The notes under the pieces were generated by a model that saw only the letters and a list, made by a program, of their open reading frames with translations, was not told where the DNA came from and searched no databases. 64,000 nucleotides of DNA from assembly GCA_964571235.1 (NCBI GenBank), contig CAZNAI010000003.1:592700-656699 (forward strand), written 5' to 3'. The stretch is from an uncultured Ignavibacteriales bacterium. GTDB taxonomy: Bacteria; Zixibacteria; MSB-5A5; GN15; FEB-12. This document shows positions 59,794 to 64,000 of this stretch, piece after piece. Position 1 is the first letter of the stretch; every line of letters begins with the position of its first letter. Position numbers and translations under genes: made by a program.

Positions 59794-60165
59794 ATGAATG
59801 ACTACTCCAAGTACAACATCAAACTCGAAATCCTCCACGGCCATCAGGAACTGATCAACATTCCGAAAATTGTCGCGGGGATAACCGAAAAGTGGTCTAA
59901 CCGGACGCTCACCAGAGTCAATGACAGTGTGGTTCGGCTGGCGGTGATCGAAGGTGAGTTCCATTGGCACAAGCACGACAATGACGACGAGTACTTCATG
60001 GTTCTGGAAGGCCGACTGTTTATCGATCTTGAAAGCCGTACGATTGAACTTGGGCCGCTTGAGGGAGTCACGATTTCCAGAGGCGTTATGCACCGCCCGT
60101 GCGCCCCACAGAAGACGGTCGTGCTACTCGTAGAAACCGCCGAAATCGTTCCGACCGGCGACTGA
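59794..60165 (+). CDS. Cupin domain protein
   Basis: GEFHWHKHDNDDEYFMVLEGRLFIDL...GVMHRP are the cupin motifs 1 and 2. Confidence 0.75.
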   Translation: MNDYSKYNIKLEILHGHQELINIPKIVAGITEKWSNRTLTRVNDSVVRLAVIEGEFHWHKHDNDDEYFMVLEGRLFIDLESRTIELGPLEGVTISRGVMHRPCAPQKTVVLLVETAEIVPTGD

Positions 60166-60178
60166 GAGTGTTGTCCGT

Positions 60179-61282
60179 TCAGTTCTCTTCCAAATCATCC
60201 CCTATTTCGTTTTTGAACTGCTTGATCAATCGCGGTGGGATCGAGTAGAGCACATACGCTCGAAACAGATAATCGCGCACCGGATCGCCACCAGCCAGAA
60301 CCGTTCGATACGAGGCCAGATCAAGGGTATTCCGAATCGAATCGGGGGAAGTGATGCCATTGTCGTACGCCGTTTTGGCTTGTGTCCATATTGTGGCAAA
60401 GAGATCGCGCACTGTGCGCAGGTAACTTGTATCGCGCATGATATCGCCATGGCCGGGGCAAATGACTTTCGGATGCAAGGCCAGCATCGTGTCAAGCTGA
60501 GTTACCCACTCATCGAAGAAGCTTCCAAACGTATATGGCATCGGCGAAACCAGTATATCCCCAGTGATCAAAATGCTGTCGGCCGGAAGCCACACATAGG
60601 CGTCGCCCGGTGTATTCGCTCTGCAATCATGGCGGATTTGAATTTCAGTATTCCCCATATGTATGGTCAATTGTTTGTCAAAAGTAAGATTGGGGATGAG
60701 CGCCGTATCGCGGCGAACATCGGCGTCATATTTCTTCAGCAGGGCAAGTAGTTTAAGGGCGAGCAGGCTGTCGGTCGCATTGAGGGCGCGGCCGCTGGGA
60801 CTCTTGCCACCGGCCAACATCTTGTTGTAGTCATCAATGTACTTTTGGTACTCTCCGTTGCGGGCTTCGTTCACCCACCCAGTCATACGTCGCGACAGAA
60901 TTTCACGGGTCTTGGTATGCGAGATGATCTGAATATCCGGGAATTCCCGTTTGTATACGAAGTTGCCGGTGTTGTGGTCGCCGTGCCAATGGGTATTCAG
61001 CAGATATTTAACCGGCTTGTCGGTCAGTTTGCGAATTTCGGCGATATTGGCCTCGGCGATAATCGGCGGCTGGTGCGAGTCGACGACGAAGACGCCGTCG
61101 TCGGTCAGAATAACAAACGAGTTGCCGTCGACCCAGTTGAGTGTCGGATCGGATCCGATGAAAGCGTAGACGTGGTCGTTGATTCGCTCCATCCGGAAGT
61201 GCTCCATCTGCTGGGCCACTACTGGTTGGGTGGCGGCGAGCGCTATGAGTATGAGCACTGCTGTTCGAATCGGATGTTTCAT
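60179..61282 (-). CDS. Secreted metallo-beta-lactamase-fold hydrolase
   Basis: A signal peptide is followed by HWHGDHNTGN (HxHxDH) and a downstream PGHGD. Confidence 0.8.
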   Translation of the reverse strand: MKHPIRTAVLILIALAATQPVVAQQMEHFRMERINDHVYAFIGSDPTLNWVDGNSFVILTDDGVFVVDSHQPPIIAEANIAEIRKLTDKPVKYLLNTHWHGDHNTGNFVYKREFPDIQIISHTKTREILSRRMTGWVNEARNGEYQKYIDDYNKMLAGGKSPSGRALNATDSLLALKLLALLKKYDADVRRDTALIPNLTFDKQLTIHMGNTEIQIRHDCRANTPGDAYVWLPADSILITGDILVSPMPYTFGSFFDEWVTQLDTMLALHPKVICPGHGDIMRDTSYLRTVRDLFATIWTQAKTAYDNGITSPDSIRNTLDLASYRTVLAGGDPVRDYLFRAYVLYSIPPRLIKQFKNEIGDDLEEN

Positions 61283-61401
61283 TTGGTGGTCCTCCCGAGT
61301 ATTTTCCTACAAAGACGGACAAAGGCGGTGTTTGTTGCAAGGCGGCCGGCGTTTGTCAATTGCGCGAGTGGCTTAGCCGCTGTAATTTCCAGTTCAACCC
61401 A

Positions 61402-61920
61402 ATGAACTTGCTTTCCCACAGACTGACTTTGGTTATGACAGCGGCGATTTCTCTTTTCCTGGCAACAGGGTGTAACCATCGAGAGAAATCCGGCGCGTTG
61501 CCTGACCCGAAATGGGAAGAGGCACATTTCAAAGCCCAGGAAGTGATCGAACTTATCAACGTACGTCGCCAGGCCACCGACCGGAGTTACTATTATCCGC
61601 GCGAGGTAGCCGATCTGGACAGCGACGGCAACTACGAAGTGATAGTCGGATGGCATCCGCAAGGCGGCCCGGACGGAACAGATCTTTTGTGGCGAGTGAT
61701 CGGCGATACGATGGTCATGAGTCCGGACTCAGCGCTATTGTGGCACGACGGTGTGCAGATGCACTTAGATTCGAATTCGCTGAATGTCAAATATCCTCTT
61801 TGGTTGCCCACGGATTCGACCTGTTGCCCCAGCAAGGAAGTACACGAGAAGTACAGAGTCTCCGGTGACAGAGTAGTTGTGCTATCACAAGACACACTCT
61901 CGAAAACGACCTCGCAATAA
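61402..61920 (+). CDS. Lipoprotein, unknown function
   Basis: The lipobox is LFLATGC. No other motif was recognised. Confidence 0.5.
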   Translation: MNLLSHRLTLVMTAAISLFLATGCNHREKSGALPDPKWEEAHFKAQEVIELINVRRQATDRSYYYPREVADLDSDGNYEVIVGWHPQGGPDGTDLLWRVIGDTMVMSPDSALLWHDGVQMHLDSNSLNVKYPLWLPTDSTCCPSKEVHEKYRVSGDRVVVLSQDTLSKTTSQ

Positions 61921-61925
61921 TCACC

Positions 61926-61951
61926 AGCCGCCCCGGAGGCGGGGCGGCTTT
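61926..61951. terminator. Hairpin between convergent genes (terminator-like, weak T-run)
   Basis: The hairpin is agccgcccc ggaggc ggggcggct, followed by ttt. Confidence 0.45.
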
Positions 61952-61976
61952 CCCTGAGGTGCTATTTCTCTAATCG

Positions 61977-62342
61977 TTAGAGTGCAGTCTTCGATGCCGA
62001 GGACGGCTGTGCGCACGACCGTGGGCATTTCGACATGTCGCAGTCGCCGCATGGACCTCCCTTGCAATCGGAAGGATCGCACGGCACACAGACTTTGCCG
62101 TTGCACTGCGCTATCGTAGTGCTCTTTCCGGTCTGAACCGACACTGCTTTGGCGCTGGCAGTACGGGTGGTAGCAGTGGTTGCCGTGGCAGAGGTCGCCG
62201 AGGTCTTGCCGGCGTCGGCCGACACTTTGCAAGCGGTTGTCGACGACACACAGCACTGGCCGCCGGCAAATGCAGAGCCGGCAAAGGCGATCGCGACTAC
62301 AAACGCGACCACCACAAATAGGGGCAAAGCAAATTTCTTCAT
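61977..62342 (-). CDS. Small secreted Cys-rich, Thr/Ser/Ala-rich protein
   Basis: The signal peptide is MKKFALPLFVVVAFVVAIAFAGSAFA. The mature part has 11 Cys, including the cluster CNGKVCVPCDPSDCKGGPCGDCDMSKCPRSC. Confidence 0.6.
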   Translation of the reverse strand: MKKFALPLFVVVAFVVAIAFAGSAFAGGQCCVSSTTACKVSADAGKTSATSATATTATTRTASAKAVSVQTGKSTTIAQCNGKVCVPCDPSDCKGGPCGDCDMSKCPRSCAQPSSASKTAL

Positions 62343-62415
62343 ACTGTTCTCCTAAAGAGTTTTCAAATTTGAGTTTACGTAACCTGGCCGCTGATCAAGG
62401 CGGCAAAGCCGATTC

Positions 62416-62991
62416 TCAAATCCGAAGAACAGTAATCGCGATGAGCGGATGCACCCCCCAGGGGGGATCGGGATTGGTTGCTATGAATTGTTGAGGATCT
62501 TCTGGGAGCTGAGTGAATCGATCGGTCGAGGTCAAGTTTGCGACCGAATGATTTGGTGCCAGATTCAATCGAGTCTGAGTCTCGCCCCAGAACGGATGAA
62601 CTAAAATACAGCAGGGAAGATTTTGCGACTGCTTCTCACAGATGAACTGAAAGCAGACAGGGCGGGTGTCGGTGACACCGCAATCGGTGGAGCCGGTGCA
62701 GGATTTTCTGCAGTCGGAATTAGAATCTGTGCACGGTCTGTCCGACCCGCAGGTAGTAACACAATCCACCGGATATTCCGAGCATGAAGCGGCCATCGTT
62801 TCCAGGCACATCGCTCGGTTAATCACCCAGTATTCAGAGTTGTTCTGCTGGGCGACGACAAATGCCAGGATCAGGCCGATGATTGCAATTGAACGGGTCA
62901 CGAATCCTCTCCCTATCTGGTGCTTGTACGCAGGATGACCGACGGAGTTCCCGTGGCTATTTCGAATCTTCAACTTTGACTTTGCGGCCAT
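62416..62991 (-). CDS. Candidate membrane-anchored Cys-rich protein
   Basis: ATG 62991 lies within the 370-aa track ORF. One TM segment ([13 protein letters not shown]) is followed by 13 Cys ([44 protein letters not shown]...). Only this part does not overlap uppP. Confidence 0.4.
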   Translation of the reverse strand: MAAKSKLKIRNSHGNSVGHPAYKHQIGRGFVTRSIAIIGLILAFVVAQQNNSEYWVINRAMCLETMAASCSEYPVDCVTTCGSDRPCTDSNSDCRKSCTGSTDCGVTDTRPVCFQFICEKQSQNLPCCILVHPFWGETQTRLNLAPNHSVANLTSTDRFTQLPEDPQQFIATNPDPPWGVHPLIAITVLRI

Positions 62992-63010
62992 ATCCCGCAA
63001 TCTTGGCGCG

Positions 63011-63835
63011 ATGGATATTCTCCTATTTACTAAAGCTCTCATCATGGGAATTGTCGAGGGGCTGACGGAATTCTTGCCAATCTCGTCGACCGGGCATTTG
63101 ATCATCACCGGCGACCTCTTGAATTTTCTTGAGCGCGAGCAACGCGATCTGTTCGAGATATTCATCCAGCTTGGCGCAATTCTCGCGGTTTGCTGGGAGT
63201 ATCGCCGGAAACTAATCCACGCGGTCGCGGCGGTGGCGAGCGAAGAGAAGTCGCGGCAATTCTGGCTTAATCTGATCATCGCGTTCATTCCGGCGGCACT
63301 CTTGGGATTACTGTTTTCCAAAGCGATCAAGGCATACCTATTCTCTCCAGTGCCGGTGGCGGCGGCGTTTATTGTTGGCGGGCTGGCGATCTTGTGGGCG
63401 GAACGCCGCAAGCACACGGTGACTGTGGCCGAGGTCGACGCGATGGGGTGGCGCTCTGCGCTCAAGATCGGGTTGGCGCAGTGCTTCGCGCTAATACCGG
63501 GAACTTCGCGCTCGGGAGCAACGATCATCGGCGGACTTCTCTTCGGGCTCTCGCGCCAAGCGGCAACCGAGTTTTCGTTCTTCTTGGCTATCCCGACACT
63601 AACAGCGGCGGCGCTTTATGATCTTTACAAGCATCATGAACTTTTAACCGCCGACCTTTCGAGTCTGTTGGCCGTCGGGTTTGTCGCGTCGTTCGTCTTT
63701 GCGCTACTGGCGGTGCGCGGGCTGGTTCGATATATCTCAAAGCACGACTTTGTCGTCTTTGCCTGGTACCGGATTGCGTTCGGGGTGGTCGTACTATTGA
63801 CCGCGTATTTGGGTTGGGTGAAGTGGGCTGAGTGA
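63011..63835 (+). CDS. uppP: Undecaprenyl-diphosphate phosphatase
   Basis: [17 protein letters not shown] and [10 protein letters not shown] are present. Confidence 0.93.
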   Translation: MDILLFTKALIMGIVEGLTEFLPISSTGHLIITGDLLNFLEREQRDLFEIFIQLGAILAVCWEYRRKLIHAVAAVASEEKSRQFWLNLIIAFIPAALLGLLFSKAIKAYLFSPVPVAAAFIVGGLAILWAERRKHTVTVAEVDAMGWRSALKIGLAQCFALIPGTSRSGATIIGGLLFGLSRQAATEFSFFLAIPTLTAAALYDLYKHHELLTADLSSLLAVGFVASFVFALLAVRGLVRYISKHDFVVFAWYRIAFGVVVLLTAYLGWVKWAE

Positions 63836-63843
63836 GCAATTAG

Positions 63844-63871
63844 CGGGCAGACGAGGGCGTCTGCCGCGCAC
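63844..63871 (+). repeat. B-family hairpin after uppP
   Basis: cgggcagacgagggcgtctgccgcgcac is identical to the copy at 30171-30198. Confidence 0.85.
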
Positions 63872-64000
63872 GAAATTCGTACTCCAATTAAGTTCTCATT
63901 TTATGGGCCAGAACATCTTGCGACTTTCTCTTTCATTCGTTACTATGACAAAGTTGCCCACGTTTGCGCTTGGGCTGACAAATTGAACTACGGGAAGGAG

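Noticed and set aside
62992-63528. Upstream 179 codons of the 370-aa minus-strand ORF 62416..63528
   Set aside because: This part is antisense to uppP. Only the distal part, from ATG 62991, which does not overlap uppP and encodes a TM segment plus a Cys-rich region, was kept, at low confidence.

Overview
The 64-kb window looks like a chromosomal segment of an uncultivated, moderately GC-rich Gram-negative bacterium. The PorV/PorQ-like barrel, dockerin-like repeats, GH57 and SpoVG suggest the FCB group, but this lineage guess is only a hunch. All protein calls come from motif recognition in the supplied translations, because no searches could be run.

Most of the window is housekeeping:
- Replication, translation and secretion: priA, ctc/rplY, prs, tRNA-Gln, spoVG, ispE, ychF, lon, secA, rsgA, tadA, tRNA-Ser.
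- Central metabolism: acnA, class II fba, nnr, a Tat-signal Fe/Mn SOD, GH57, Sir2, pyrK-pyrD-pyrF, ppa.
- Envelope: mlaD-like, uppP.

From about 49.9 kb the content turns more accessory:
- a YdeI/DUF1801 fusion and a split S8 subtilase;
- PilZ, a DHFR-like protein and an EamA transporter;
- an acr3-arsR-arsC operon, a secreted HMA protein and a PorV-like barrel;
- a cupin, an MBL-fold protein and two Cys-rich exported proteins.

Three observations stand out:
1. Nearly every sizeable intergenic gap at gene 3' ends holds a mosaic of at least 10 families of short GC-rich hairpin repeats. They resemble REP/BIME elements: some have GTAG heads, stems show compensatory changes, and some have a nested clamp-plus-cargo layout. 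No cognate transposase lies in the window.
2. A pre-pro-subtilase is split exactly at an in-phase A AAA AAG heptamer inside an A9 run. This could be programmed -1 frameshifting, transcriptional slippage or a homopolymer error.
3. A conserved hairpin element follows both tRNA genes.

I found no CRISPR array, rRNA, integrase or recognisable defence system. I cannot point to a clear novel multi-gene system.
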